Assembly: GCF_004010195.1 (NCBI RefSeq)
Contig: NC_057718.1
Coordinates: forward strand, 90,169,274 to 90,233,273
Source: Chiloscyllium plagiosum
Lineage: Eukaryota
DNA: 64,000 nucleotides
Direction of reading: 5' to 3'
The notes beneath the pieces are model-generated. The model saw only the letters and a program-made list of their open reading frames with translations, was not told where the DNA came from and ran no database searches. Positions 49,019 to 60,924 of the stretch are shown piece after piece (position 1 is the stretch's first letter; every line of letters begins with the position of its first letter). The translations under genes and the position numbers were made by a program.

Positions 49019-49174
49019 CTTACAAAGCTGGAAAAACAGCAGCAACGAAAGGAAAAGACAAGAACTAAAGTACCTTCGGAATACACCAAGGACAAAAGTG
49101 CCTCACGCAGCAAAGATGACCCCAGTGCTAGTAGTGGTGCCGATGGAGATGTTTCATCAGAAAGAGAACCGTAA
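49019..49174 (+). CDS. DTD1: Last coding exon of D-aminoacyl-tRNA deacylase 1 (DUE-B), C-terminal extension: LTKLEKQQQRKEKTRTKVPSEYTKDKSASRSKDDPSASSGADGDVSSEREP*
   Basis: Acceptor ttctcttttgtgtacctgcag (AG 49017-49018), phase-0 open frame to TAA 49172-49174, donor CCG|gtaagc after 49194. Peptide closely matches the human DTD1 C-terminus as I recall it (LSKLEKQQQRKEKTR...SASSGAEGDVSSEREP*); recalled, not searched. Confidence 0.92.
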   Translation, partial: LTKLEKQQQRKEKTRTKVPSEYTKDKSASRSKDDPSASSGADGDVSSEREP

Positions 49175-49194
49175 ATGTACAGTGTAGAACACCG
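49175..49194 (+). other. DTD1: 3'UTR portion of the stop-containing DTD1 exon, ending at a splice donor
   Basis: 20 nt between the TAA and the consensus donor gtaagc (49195-49200). Confidence 0.75.
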
Positions 49195-49319
49195 GTAAGC
49201 ATCTGTTCTTCTATTGTGTGTCTCCTGATTTCATTGCAGTCTGTATTTTACACCTTAGTAACCCACACCTCCTCCTGCGTGCTCTATGCCCAGTATAGAG
49301 CGTCAATTTGACTGAGAGC

Positions 49320-49634
49320 TTAGATTAGATAAGATTACTTTACAGTGTGGAAACGGGCCCTTCGGCCTAACAAGTCCACACCGACCCGCCGAAGCGCAAA
49401 CCACCCATACCCCTACATTTACCCCTTACCTAATCCTACGGACAATTTCCCATGGCCAATTCACCTGACCTGCACATCTTTGGACTGTGGGAGGAAACCG
49501 GAGCACCCGGAGGAAACCCACGCAGACACGGGGAGAACATGCAAACTCTACACAGTCAGTCGCCTGAGGCGGGAATTGAACCCGGGTCTCTGGCGCTGTG
49601 AGGCAGCAGTGCTAACCACTGTTCCACTGTGCCA
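49320..49634 (-). mobile_element. HE1-type SINE (young)
   Basis: Very similar to the 42102 and 12858 copies. Confidence 0.92.
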
Positions 49635-49967
49635 CAAGCCGTCCTCCTTGCCCAAGCGTTAACACGAGATATCTGCTGCCCTGCCACCCTTTGCCGCTAC
49701 CACAACCTGACCGGTTACTTTAACCATGACAACTGAGAAAGGGTGACTCAAAACAGCAGCTTTTCCCCAAAACCAGCAAACAGCCCTTGAAGCTGTCCCA
49801 GGAACTTTAACTCGGAGGGGGATTTGCAGGGCAAACGGAATTAGCTTGTGGGTTTTCTGAATTCATACAAAGAGAAAATACATTGTAAGAGGGAACACTG
49901 AAGTACCAAGCCATCAGCTGTATTATTCTTGTTTAAAACTGGAGCAGGTGAGGTAAGCTTAAGTTTC

Positions 49968-50301
49968 TATAGAATCCCTACAGTGTGGAAACAGGCCATT
50001 TGGTCCAACAAACCCATGCCAACCCTCTGAAGGGTGCCCCACTCAGACCCATCCCCATAACCCTGCATTTCCCATGGCTAACACACCTAACCTGCACACT
50101 ATGGGACAATTTAGCATGGCCAATCCACCTAACTTGCACATCTTTGGATTGTGGGAGGAAACCGCAGCACCCAAAGGAAGCCCACGCAGACACAGGGAGA
50201 ATGTGCAAACTCCACGCAGACAGTCACCCAAGACGGGCATTGAACCTGGATCCCTGATGCTGTGAGTCAGCATTGCTGACCAGTGAGCTACTTTGCTACC
50301 C
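49968..50301 (-). mobile_element. HE1-type SINE
   Basis: Full-length match. Confidence 0.88.
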
Positions 50302-50423
50302 CAGTTAACCCTATTATAAGTCCAACTTGACATTGATGATGAGTAAAACAGGATACAAAAAGTTTTGTCTCGAAGTTTCCTGTTACAGATAGATGAGCGT
50401 TCAGAGCACTCCCTGCACTTTAA

Positions 50424-50627
50424 GTGTGTGTGTGTCTGTGTGCGCGTGTATATAGGAGTGTGTGTGTATAGGAGTGAGTGTGAGTGTGTGTGTGTATAGG
50501 AGTGTGTGTGTGTCTGTGTGTGTATAGGAGTGAGTGTGTGTGTGTGTATAGGTGTGTGTGTGTGTGTCTGTGTGTGTCTGTGTGTGTATCTGTATGTATG
50601 TGTGAGTGTGTGTGTCTGTCTGTCTGT
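50424..50627. repeat. Compound (TG)n microsatellite with recurring tataggagtg interruptions
   Basis: Directly visible. Confidence 0.95.
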
Positions 50628-51094
50628 CGGTGATATATTTTCTATCACATATTTCAGAGAGCTCAGCCTGTTTGAACAAACATTCTGTTTGTTATTGAAG
50701 TCTCAGTGGTACAAAAGCAGGTGGCCTGGAAATGGCTTACCTCGAGAAGAATGTGTTGACACCAACAAAACCAAATTAGGTCAAAAAAATAGGGAAGGAT
50801 AGAATTTCCTTCTCAGTACAAAAACACTTTGTGCTTGTTCCTGATCAGTGCCATTTCTTTGAGCAGTCCACTGATGGAATATATGAACCTGATGTTAAGA
50901 TTTAGGAATCCAGAGGGATAAGCCAGTAATCGCTGGGAATGAATGTACTGGTCTTCATGCTTACTTCGTGTACTCCCCCCTCCTCGCACAATCCACCACC
51001 ATTCAGATAATAATCTGCTTTCCCGTTTTTGCTACCAAAGTGGAAAACCTCATATTTATCCACATTATATATCATCTGCCATGCATTTGCTCAC

Positions 51095-52235
51095 TCAGTT
51101 TAAGAGCAGGAAGTTAATGCTGGAACTGTATAAAATGTTGGTAATGCTACAGCAAGAATATTGTGTGCAATTCTGGAAATCATATAATAGGAGGGATGTG
51201 ACTGCGCTGAGAGGGTGCAGAGGAGATTTACCAGGATGTTGCCGGGGCTGGAGGGTTTCCGTTCTCACAAACTTGATTGAGTTTTTTGAAGAAGTAACAA
51301 AGAGGATTGCTGAGGGCAGAACGGTGGATGTGATCTATATGGACTTCACTAAGGCATTCGACAAGGTTCCCCATGGGAGACTGATTAGCAAGGTCAGATC
51401 TCATGGAATACAGGGAGAACTAGCCATTTGGATACAGAACTGGCTCAAAGATTGAAGACAGAGGGTTGTTTTTCAGACTGGAGGCCTGTGACCAGTGGAA
51501 TGCCACAAGGATCGCTGCTGGGTCCACTACTATTCATTATTTATATAAATGATTTGGATGTGAATATAGGAGGTATAGTTAGTAAGTTTGCAGATGACAC
51601 CAAAATTGGAGGTGTAGTGGACAGCGAAGAAGGTTACAGAGTACAACAGGATCTTGATCAGATGGGCCAATGGGCTGAGAAGTGGCAGATGGAGTTTAAG
51701 TTCGATAAATGTGAGGTGCTGCATTTTGGGAAAGCAAATCTTAGCAGGACTTATACACTTAATAGTAAGGTCCTGGGAAGTTTTGCTGAACAAAGAGACC
51801 TTGGAGTGCAGGTTCATAGCTACTTGAAAGTGGAGTTGCGGGTGGATAGGATAATGAAGAAGGCGTTTGGTATGCTTTCCTTTATTGGTCAGAGTATTGA
51901 GTACAGGAGTTGGGAGGTCATGTNNNNNNNNNNNNNNNNNNNNNNNNNNNNNNGCATAGGTTTAGGGTGAGAGGGGGAAGATATAAAAGAGACCCAAGAG
52001 GCAACATTTTCACTCAGAGGGTGGTAAGTGTGTGGAATGAGCTGCCAGAGGAAGCTGGTGGAGGCTGGTACAATTACAAAATTTAAAAGGGATTTGGATG
52101 GGTACATGAATAGGAAGGGTTTGGAGGGAAATGGGCCGGGTGCTGGCAGGTGGGACTAGATTGGGTTGGGATATCTGGTCGGCATGGACGGGTTGGACCG
52201 AAGGGGCTGTTTCCGTTCTGTACATCTCTATGGCT
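51095..52235 (+). pseudogene. CR1/HER1-type RT region and 3' end (from about 51262, spanning an N gap), preceded by an older CR1 piece
   Basis: LTNLIEFFEEVT, DVIYMDFTKAFDKVPH, SGMPQGSLLGP, SKFADDTKIGG. Confidence 0.9.
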
Positions 52236-52319
52236 CTCTGAGATTGGACTGATGGGGATTATTCTCCTGAGAGCAGAGAAGATCGAAAGGGGCATGGTAG
52301 AGAAGGGCTTCTGAAGGTT

Positions 52320-53600
52320 CAACTAATCCGTATCCACTGGCTTCTCCTTATCAACTCTTACTTAGTTACATCCTCAGAAAATTTCAGTGGATTTGTCAAG
52401 CATGATTACCCTTTTGTAAAATCTATTTTCCAAGCGCTCTGCTCTTCTTTTATAATGGATTTGAGCATTTTCCCTGCTACCGATGTCAGACTGACTGGTG
52501 TACAATTCCCTGTTTTCCTTTTTAAATAGAAGGGTTCCATTAGCCAGTCTCCAAACCATAGGAACTATTCCAGAGTGTGTAGAATCGTAAAAGATGACCA
52601 CCATTGCATCCATGATTTCTAGGACCATTTCCTTAAGTACGCTGGGATGTAGAAGCTTGGGGATTTTTCAGGCTTTAATCCCATCAATTTTCCCAACACC
52701 ACTTAATTGCTAGTACTGATTTCTTACAGTTCCTCTTGATCACTAGAACATGTGATCCCTAATGTTTTTTTTCATATGTTATCCTTTGGGAAGACAGACC
52801 CAAAATTTAATTGGTCTACAATCTCTTTGTTTCCCATTATAACCTTCTCTGTTTCTGACTGTAAGGGACCGACATCTGTCTCCATTAGCCTTTTTCTTTT
52901 CACATATCTATAGAAGCTTATACAATCAGTGTATATGTTCCCTGCAAGCTAACTCTCGCACTCTCGCACTCTATTTCCCTTTTCTAATCAACTTCTTTAC
53001 CTTCCGTTGCTGAAATTGAAACTGCTCCCAGTGCTTAGATCCGCGCTGTTTTGTCCAATTTGAATGCCCCTTCTTTGAATCTAATGTTATCCCACTTTCC
53101 CGTCTTTGCCACATTTTATTTCTGTGCCAGACAGGAGTGAACAATTGCTAAAGTTCTTCCATGCACTGTTTAAATGTCTGCAATTATCCCTTTCAGGAGT
53201 GTTCCCCAATTTGTCGTAGTCAGGAGTGTTCCCCAATTTATGACAGCTCACAGATCACAGCTCATACTGTTGTAGTAGATTCAGGGCCCAAGTCTCAGAA
53301 ACAGCTGTGTCACTTTTCATCTTAATGAAGAATTCTATAATATTATGGTCACTTTTCCCCAAAGGCTAGATTGCCAATTACTCCATTCTCATTGGACAAA
53401 ACCCAGTCTCGGGTGCCCTGTTCTCTGGTTGGTTGCTCAACATATTAATCCACACTCCATCTTGATGACGTTATTTCTGATTTGGTTTGCCCATTTGAAG
53501 TTTTTGGTCTCTACTGTCTCCTTGTAAATGTTTCCATTCCTCTTGCCATTTTTGTGTAAGACCTCCCCAACCGCACTAGCAAATACTCCCCCAGGACATC
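52320..53600 (-). mobile_element. Decayed CR1-type ORF2 fragments (endonuclease to RT start)
   Basis: Minus ORF GIVPMVWRLANGTLLFKK; a homologous stretch recurs at 54733-54870. Confidence 0.65.
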
Positions 53601-53710
53601 AGCGCTGGTCCTCCCCAAGTTGCCTTTAGCCCTTTCTAACCTAGAGAAAAGAACCCCCGGCCTGTCAGTCTTCCCTTTCGGTTATAGCCTCTTGGTCCTG
53701 TGTGTCATTA

Positions 53711-54043
53711 GGGTGGCATGGTGGCTCAGTGGCTAATACTGCCGCCTTACAGCGTCAGGGGCTCAGGTTCAATTCTAGCCCTGGGCGATTGGATATATGG
53801 AGTTTGCGTATTCTCCCCGAGTCTGTGTGTGTTTGCTCTGGTTTCCTCTGAAAATCCAAAGATGTGCAGGTTAGGTGAATTTGCCATGTTACCATTGCCC
53901 ATAGTGATCAGGGATGTGTAGGCTAGGTGCATTAGTTAGGGTTAAATGTAGAGTAATAGGTTAGGGGAATGGGTCTGGGTGGGTTACTCTTTGGAGGGTC
54001 GGTTTGGGCTGAAGGGCCTGTTTTCACACTGTGGGGATTCTGT
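53711..54043 (+). mobile_element. HE1-type SINE
   Basis: Full-length, diverged. Confidence 0.85.
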
Positions 54044-54202
54044 CATTTCTATAAATGTTGGCAGGGGAAAGAGGCAAAGCAGTATTTACAATACTTTGAT
54101 AGCCAGGCCAGTGATCAGAACTGGGCTTTTCCTGATCGAGTTGCTCGGCTCACCAAGTGCTCTTACAGCCCGAGCAACCGACGGAGCACTCGTTTCTTTC
54201 AG

Positions 54203-55040
54203 ACCACGGCCCTTACTGTGAAGCTCCCAAGCCGTCAGCACATTTAGCTGGTTCACCTTACAACGTATGAGTAATGCAAGCCGCAAGGCCCTTCCTGGCA
54301 GCTTCACTAGTTGGGCAAATGTAACACCCTGATACATCTGTGCCCTTGTGGTTTCCTCTGTCAGTTTTACTTAACAGTTAAGAATCACACCAGCCACAGG
54401 CAAGTAACCAGATCAACAACAATTTAATCATCTTTGACTGGTAATTTTGCTTTGAGTCAAAGCCCTTTAGTTTGGAAATTATTAGTGTCCATAGATTTCT
54501 ATTAGTTTTATTTTTAATAAACAAGAGAGATAAGTTTTGATTTTGGTAAGCTGGAAGATTTTATTCAGCAGCATTGTTAGAATTTGCAGGAACACGTCGA
54601 GCGAGTCGAATTAAGACACTTAATTGTATAGCAGAATGGGAGGCTGAATGGCCTGATTCCACAAAGCTCCTGCGTTGCAGCGTTGCTGTATACTCTAATA
54701 CTCTGCTGCTGAAGAAAATTCATCTCATTTAAGGAGCATTCCCCAATTTATTATAGTCAGATCACACCTCATACCATCGTAGTTTGTTTTATTTAGATTC
54801 AAGGCCTGAGTCTCAGAATCACGCTGTCATGTTTCATCTTATTTAAGAATTCTATAATATTGTGGTCCTACATAATTTCTTACTGCCTTTTGCCATTCAT
54901 TCTCTCTCACGATTCCCTGCCCTTTTGTGACTGGATTATTTTGATTTGCAACTGAGGTGTTTTTGGTTGAATTTGAGAATAATTCAGTTACGGAACAGTT
55001 GGGTATGAAAACAATAAAATAAAAGCACTAGCAAGTCTTG
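54203..55040 (+). other. DTD1: Candidate non-coding terminal (3'UTR) exon of DTD1; 3' end uncertain
   Basis: Acceptor cgtttctttcag (AG 54201-54202) in largely non-repeat sequence; AATAAA at 54516-54521, 55013-55018 and 55018-55023; the donor at 49195 requires a downstream exon. Confidence 0.4.
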
Positions 55041-55278
55041 GGAGAGCTGATTTTATAAGAAATTCTCGTCTGATTGCCTGAAAGATTTATTTTGTGAATT
55101 AATTTAGGCTAAGGTTTAGGCGTTTGATGGTTGGGAATTGTTTTACAGTCCTTTATTGCTTGTTTTGTGGAAGTAATTAGCAGTAAATCACTTTACTAAA
55201 TGAAGTAAGTAATTACCGTGACTACAACAGCATTTATCTTGCAGCATTCCCTCTTCATGTGTCCTGCATCTACATTAT

Positions 55279-55628
55279 AGCTTGGAAAGGGTGGACGCTA
55301 GGAAATTGTTTCCGTTAGGTGAGGAGACTAGGACCCGTGGACACGGCCTTAGAATTAGAGGGGGTAAATTCAGAACAAAAACGCGGAGATATTTCTTCAG
55401 CCAGAGAGTGGTGGGCCTGTGGAATTCATTGCCGCAGAGTGCAGTGGAGGCCGGGATGCTAAATGTCTTCAAGGCAGAGATTGATAAATTCTTGATGTCA
55501 CAAGGAATTAAGGGCTACGGGGAGAATGCGGGTAAGTGGAGTTGAAATGCCCATCAGCCATGATTGAATGGCGGAGTGGACTCGATGGGCCGAATGGCCT
55601 TACTTCCGCTCCTATGTCTTATGGTCTT
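55279..55628 (+). mobile_element. CR1-type LINE 3' end, CpG-retaining (young-looking) subfamily
   Basis: TRTRGHGLRIRGGKFRTKTRRYFFSQRVVGLWNSLPQSAVEA; tail cctatgtcttatggtctt. Confidence 0.88.
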
Positions 55629-55759
55629 ATTAGTCTGCTAACTGTGCAATTAAAACGGAGGTTAAAGGTCACATGCTCGGATCCTGCCATTTTAGAGTGG
55701 ATTTTCTTCCTATCCTGCAAAGCCTCTTTGAATGGGGAGGGGTGGGGGGTGTACGTTTT

Positions 55760-56054
55760 AAGGTAAGGGCAGAAGGTTTAAAGGAGATATGAGGCAAAAC
55801 CTTTTCGCCCAGAGGATGTTGGGTATCTGGAACTCATTACCCGTAAGGGTGGTAGAGGCAGAAACCCTCAAACCTTTAAGAAGTATTTAAATATACACTT
55901 GAGAAGCCAAAGCATACGAGATCACGGGCCAAGTGGTGAGAAATGGAATAGTGAGGGGGTTGTTTTTGACTAGCACAGACTTGGGGGCCAAATGGCCTTT
56001 TCCTGTTCTGTAGATATCGGGGGCCAAATGGCCTTTTCCTGTTCTGTAGATATC
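55760..56054 (+). mobile_element. CR1-type 3' end with an exact 36-bp tandem duplication of its tail
   Basis: gggggccaaatggccttttcctgttctgtagatatc at 55983-56018 and 56019-56054. Confidence 0.75.
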
Positions 56055-57142
56055 GATGGACTCTTCTTCTGGAACCTTTGGGTGGGTGTCATACCAGCAA
56101 CATCCTTCGGCCTCCCAGTGGCGCTACTGTTCAGTCGGGCTGCCAGCCTCCGACAGGCTTGGCAGCTCTCGATGGGCGGAACCTCCACACCCTAGGGTCC
56201 TGGGGGACAGCCTGCCAGTGGTGCCTGAGGGGAACAAGATGGAGTGTGGCCTAAAACGACAAGAGGCGATTCCTGTCTCTGACTGGTTCTCTAATTGAAG
56301 GCCGAGACCCTTGTCACTTCTACATCATTGTAGCCGCTGTTGTTAAATATATCGTGGGAACCCCCACCTTCTTGAAGAGAATCCATGCAGGAGAAACATC
56401 AGATCATAGAACGGTTACAGCATACAAGGAGGCCATTTGGCCTGTCAAGACCATGCCAGCTCTCTGCAGGAACATACCAGCTAGCCTCACTCCCCCATTT
56501 GCTGCTGCCTAGGCCTCTGCACTGGAATATTTTTTCCACCTCACTCCCACATAATACAGTCCAGGCCCTCACCACTTTCTGGTGTAAGAATGTCTTTCTT
56601 CATTCTTGCCAGTTCTTCAGCTCCTTGTAGGCTCAGGCGGGTAGCGGTAATCCCCAGACCTCACAAGGACTGGCTTCTCCAGCCCAGATTTTTCACCCTC
56701 CTCCTTTCCAAAGTGTGGAGCCTCTTAGCACTTGCCTCTCTCCCCCCAAACCCTGTCCTGACTCTCAGGGTTCCTTGTCGCAGGCTTGTGATCGCGCGCC
56801 GCTGTGCTCCCAGCCTGGCTGGCTGTATGGTCAATCTTTGGTGATTTACCTATATAAGGGCCTGCCACTAAGATAATGCGTCTTGCTGCACCGCAAACTC
56901 ATTGCATCCTTAAACCGTACCATTGCCAACCACTTCTTGAATTACCTCTCCTAATAAAGCAGGCTAAGCTGCTCCTTGCCCTGTTAGCTCTGCTCCTCTG
57001 TGTTGTTGGCCTCAGTTTAGACCTTGCCACTTAGGACTGCATTTCACCAGGCAAATCCCAGATCCCAACTACCCACTGCTGAAAGCATCATTTTCCTCAA
57101 GCTGCCTTCTGTTCATCTGCCATTTGTGCAACCTACTGAGCC

Positions 57143-57402
57143 CATGCTACGGTGGCTCAGTGGTTAGCCCTTCCACCTCACAGCTCTGGTGACCCGGGTT
57201 GGATTCCAGCCTCGGGTGACTGTCTGTTTGGAGTTTGCACATGTTCCCCTACACCTCTGTGCAGGTTTGCTCCGGTTTCCTCACAAACCTAAAAATGTAC
57301 AAGCAAGATGGATTAGCCATGGGAAATGCGGGGTTTTGGGGATAGGGTAGGGAGGTGGAATGCTCTTTGGAGGGTCGGTGTGGCGTTAAATGGCTTGCTT
57401 CC
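57143..57402 (+). mobile_element. HE1-type SINE (diverged)
   Basis: Head ggtggctcagtggttagc and core. Confidence 0.8.
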
Positions 57403-57477
57403 CCTCTTCTCCCCCATTATTGATAATTCCATACATGAACCTCAGATCCCCAATGATTCAGCCTTTACCTGCCCAGT

Positions 57478-58070
57478 ATGGAGGCACTGTCTTATGAGGT
57501 GAGGTATTCATTGGAGTTTAGTAGAATGAAAGCCGACTTATTAAAACATGCAAGGATCACCGGGGCTTTGACAGGGGATGCGCTGAAAGTTTGTTTCCCT
57601 TTGTGGGAGAGTCGAGGACCAGAGGGTGTCATCTCAGGGTCAGGGCTTGCCTATTTAAAACAGAGATGAGGAAAAATTTCTTTGTCTCAGAGGGGAGTGA
57701 GTCTGTGGAATTCTTTATCATGGAGGGCCGTTGAGGCTGGGTCATTGAATATATGCAAGGCTGACAGAGACAGGTCTCTTTTGGGGGCAGGGTTGTTAAT
57801 TGGGATGGCTGGTTTGAGATACAGAGTGATACCAACAGCAAGGGTTCAATTCCTGCACTGACTGAGGTCATCATGAAGAAGTCCCCTTCTTAACTTCTCC
57901 CCTCACCTGAGGGGAGGTGACCCTCAGATTAAACCACCACCAACCGTTTTTCTCTCATGATGAGAAGGTCGGAAAGTTGAGATGAGGGTTATCAGATCAG
58001 CCAGGATCACACTGAATGGTGAAGCAGACCCAGGGGCCTAAATGGCCTTTTGGTGGTCTTTTGTCTTAAG
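57478..58070 (+). mobile_element. CR1-type 3' fragment split by SINE-C (57788-57965)
   Basis: CR1 resumes at ggaaagttgagatgagg near 57970. Confidence 0.7.
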
Positions 58071-58707
58071 TAATAGGTAAACAATTAGCAAGATCCCAAG
58101 ATGGAGCAGAAAGCCCTAGCAATTTTAATTTGATTTGGTTTATTATTGTCACACGCACCGAGATACAGTGAAAAGTTGTTTTGTGTGCTAACCAGACAAA
58201 TCAGCACATCAGGGTTAAGAGATCAGAATGCCGAATATAGTGTTACAGCTACAGAGAAGGTGCAGAGAAAGATCAATCCTGGCATATACAAGGTCTGTTC
58301 ATAAGTCTGATAACCATACTCCGCGAGAGGACTTTGTTCTGAGATTCCAGTGGTTTGATAAAGTGACAAGCAAATGGAAAAATAATCTCTTAAATCTCAC
58401 TGTCAATGTTAAAAGGAGTCTGTGACTTATTTTATAGAAGCAGATATTGATTGCAGCAAGTCAAGGCAAAAACGCTTCCATCTCAAAGACCAGCGATGTC
58501 TGCATCCCATAAATAATTATTTTTAAATCCTGCTGAGCAGCGAGAACTTGAAATTATCTCATTTCAAATCTTTATCTGTCCAGTTTGAATGATAGCAGCA
58601 TGGGAAATAAATGAGAAAATGTCCTAGTGGGCAGTGCAATTGCATTCGGAAAAACCCGGGGAAGTCCTGTCAGTGCTAGAAAATATTACAGCTGGTCACC
58701 GAGTTTA

Positions 58708-59024
58708 ATTAGATTAGATTCCCTACAGTGTGGAAACAGGCTCTTCGGCCTAACAGATCCACACCGACCCTCCAAAGTGTAACCCACCAAGACCCATTTT
58801 CCTCTGACTAATGCACCTAACACTATGGGCAATTTAGCCTGGCCAATTCATCTGGCCTGCACATCTTTGGACTGTGGGAGGAAACCAGAGCACCCGGAGG
58901 AAACTCATGCAGAATCAGGGAGAATGTACAAACCCCACACAGACAGTTGCCCGAGGTTAGAATCGAACCTGGGCTCCTGGTGCTGTGAGGCAGCAGTGCT
59001 AACCACTGAGGCACCGTGCTGCCC
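58708..59024 (-). mobile_element. HE1-type SINE
   Basis: Full-length match. Confidence 0.9.
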
Positions 59025-59542
59025 TGTTTGTCCAGACAATATAGAGGGCAGAGACCACAAAAATGGGGAAACTTTTCTAAGGAAGGGAAATACCACTGGG
59101 TGAAGGGGATGGGAAGTGCGTGAGGTAATGTCGACTTGGGCAGTGTATTCCAGATCTGACCCACATGTTGTGTCAAAGGGGTTTCCTTCATCCAGGTCTT
59201 TGGTTTCTCTTGCAGATTGTTTTAAATTGGTATTGTCCAGTCCTTGACCCTTTCACCAAAAGGGAAGTCCCCAGTTTACTCACCCAGAACCTGCCTTGTG
59301 ATTTTAAATACCTCGGACAAATCTGTTGCTCTCTTCCCAAATTGAGGAAATTTTCCCGCTCAAGGGACACAGTTCACAGGGTGCTGGAGTGAGAGCAACG
59401 ATAACTTGCATGTATAAAGTGCCTGATTGTAGAAAGACGTTGTTGAATCTTCACAGAGGTATTAAAACACCAACAGGTGACAGGCAAAAGCAGGGGTGTT
59501 ACGAGTCAAAAGAATTTTAAAGGGAGACTTTAAATGAGGAGA

Positions 59543-60165
59543 TCATAGAGATGTACAGCAAGTAAACAGAACCTTAGGTCCAGTTCGTCTAGATACTCTG
59601 AATGAATCTAGTACCATTTGCCAGCACTTCGCCCATATCTTCTAAACACTTCCTATTCATGTACCTGTCCAGATGCCTCTTAAATGTTGTAATTGTACCA
59701 GCCTCCACCACTTCCTCTGGCAGTTCATTCCATACACACTCCACCCTCTGCATGAAAACGTTGTCCCTTAGGACCCTTTTAAATCTTTCCCTTCTCACAA
59801 TAACCCTACACCCTCTATTTATGGACTCCCCTGCCCTGGAAAAAATAACTTGGCTAATCCCCCTATCCATTGTGATTTTATAAACTTCCACCAGGTCACC
59901 CCTCAGTCTCTGATGCTCCAGGGAAAACAGTCCCAGCCTACTCAGCCTCTCCCCAAAGCTCAAATCCTCCAATCCTGGCAACACCCTTGTAAATTTTTAC
60001 TGAACACTTTCAAGTTTCACAACATCTTTCCGATAGGAAGGAGACCAGAATTGCACACAATATTCCAAAAGTGTCCTAACCAAGGTCCTGTACAGCTGCA
60101 ACATGACCTCCCAACTCCTGTACTCAATGCAGTGACCAATAAAAGCAAGCATAGCGAACGCCTTC
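59543..60165 (-). mobile_element. CR1/HER1-type LINE 3' fragment
   Basis: LEYCVQFWSPSYRKDVVKLE; MLPGLEDLSFGERL...WNELPEEVVEAG. Confidence 0.9.
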
Positions 60166-60414
60166 CAAGCAGAAAGATGTCCAAAGAAGTACACAAATAA
60201 GATGCAACTACCAAAGGTCGGCAAGGAGGTGTACGCTGGAGTGTCTGTTAGGTAAATCACAGAGATTGTGGGTCTGTCTGCAAAATGATCAAAATACATT
60301 CTTTAGATAGAAGACCCGAACAGCTAGCATTTATCTTCCAAATTCTCTTGGGAAATCAGTTTAATTGGATGGGGATGGTAGTACAGAACTTAATGGTTAC
60401 TAAAAAGAGGCGCC

Positions 60415-60900
60415 AAGTCAGTGTTTTGTCTTGTGCTCATCAGGGCTATGACATAAGCGAACAAAATTGATAAAGAGAACACCAATTTTTACAGCATGAG
60501 AAGAGGATGCTGATTAATTCTACTGTGATTGCAATGGAAATGCAGCAGAAATCGTTAACTGTTAGTCTTAGTTAGGTGATTAAGCTCAGCTCAGGCAATA
60601 GATCAGATCAGTAGACTGATTGGTTTGGCCATTGCCATGGGGAATATAGCATTGTCCCCCTAACCCTTTACTATGAAAAAAGGGTGCAATGTGTGGACAT
60701 ATTTCATGAAGAACAGTGCCCTGTATGTGAATAAATATAGTTTCCAACAATCACAAATATTTTCAAATGCAATCCCCAGCTGATCATCTTCAATTGATTT
60801 CTAGTGTAACTAGCACAGTCAGGACTATTTAATAAATGTTATCCAAGCACAGGATTACATTTAGTGTTGGCTATGGAGCCCTGAGATTTGCAAGCTTTTC
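60415..60900. mobile_element. Diverged relative of the 12255-12590 element (family E)
   Basis: tcttgtgctcatcagg, aaagagaaca..caattt, tgctgatt and tgattgg..cattg in the same order. Confidence 0.45.
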
Positions 60901-60924
60901 ATAATGTTGAAGTAAATCCATTTA

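Noticed and set aside
48927..49187. 86-aa ORF from the track overlapping the exon
   Set aside because: Wrong frame; the splice-defined frame from 49019 gives the DTD1-like peptide.
50043..50802. Thr/His-rich and Cys/Val-rich ORFs (up to 201 aa)
   Set aside because: Translations of the (TG)n microsatellite and adjacent SINE.
51924..51953. Apparent deletion in the CR1 copy
   Set aside because: It is a 30-N gap; comparison with 42950-43250 suggests about 300 bp unassembled.
54203..54270. Short peptide HGPYCEAPKPSAHLAGSPYNV after the terminal acceptor
   Set aside because: The upstream exon already contains the stop codon; no recognisable homology.
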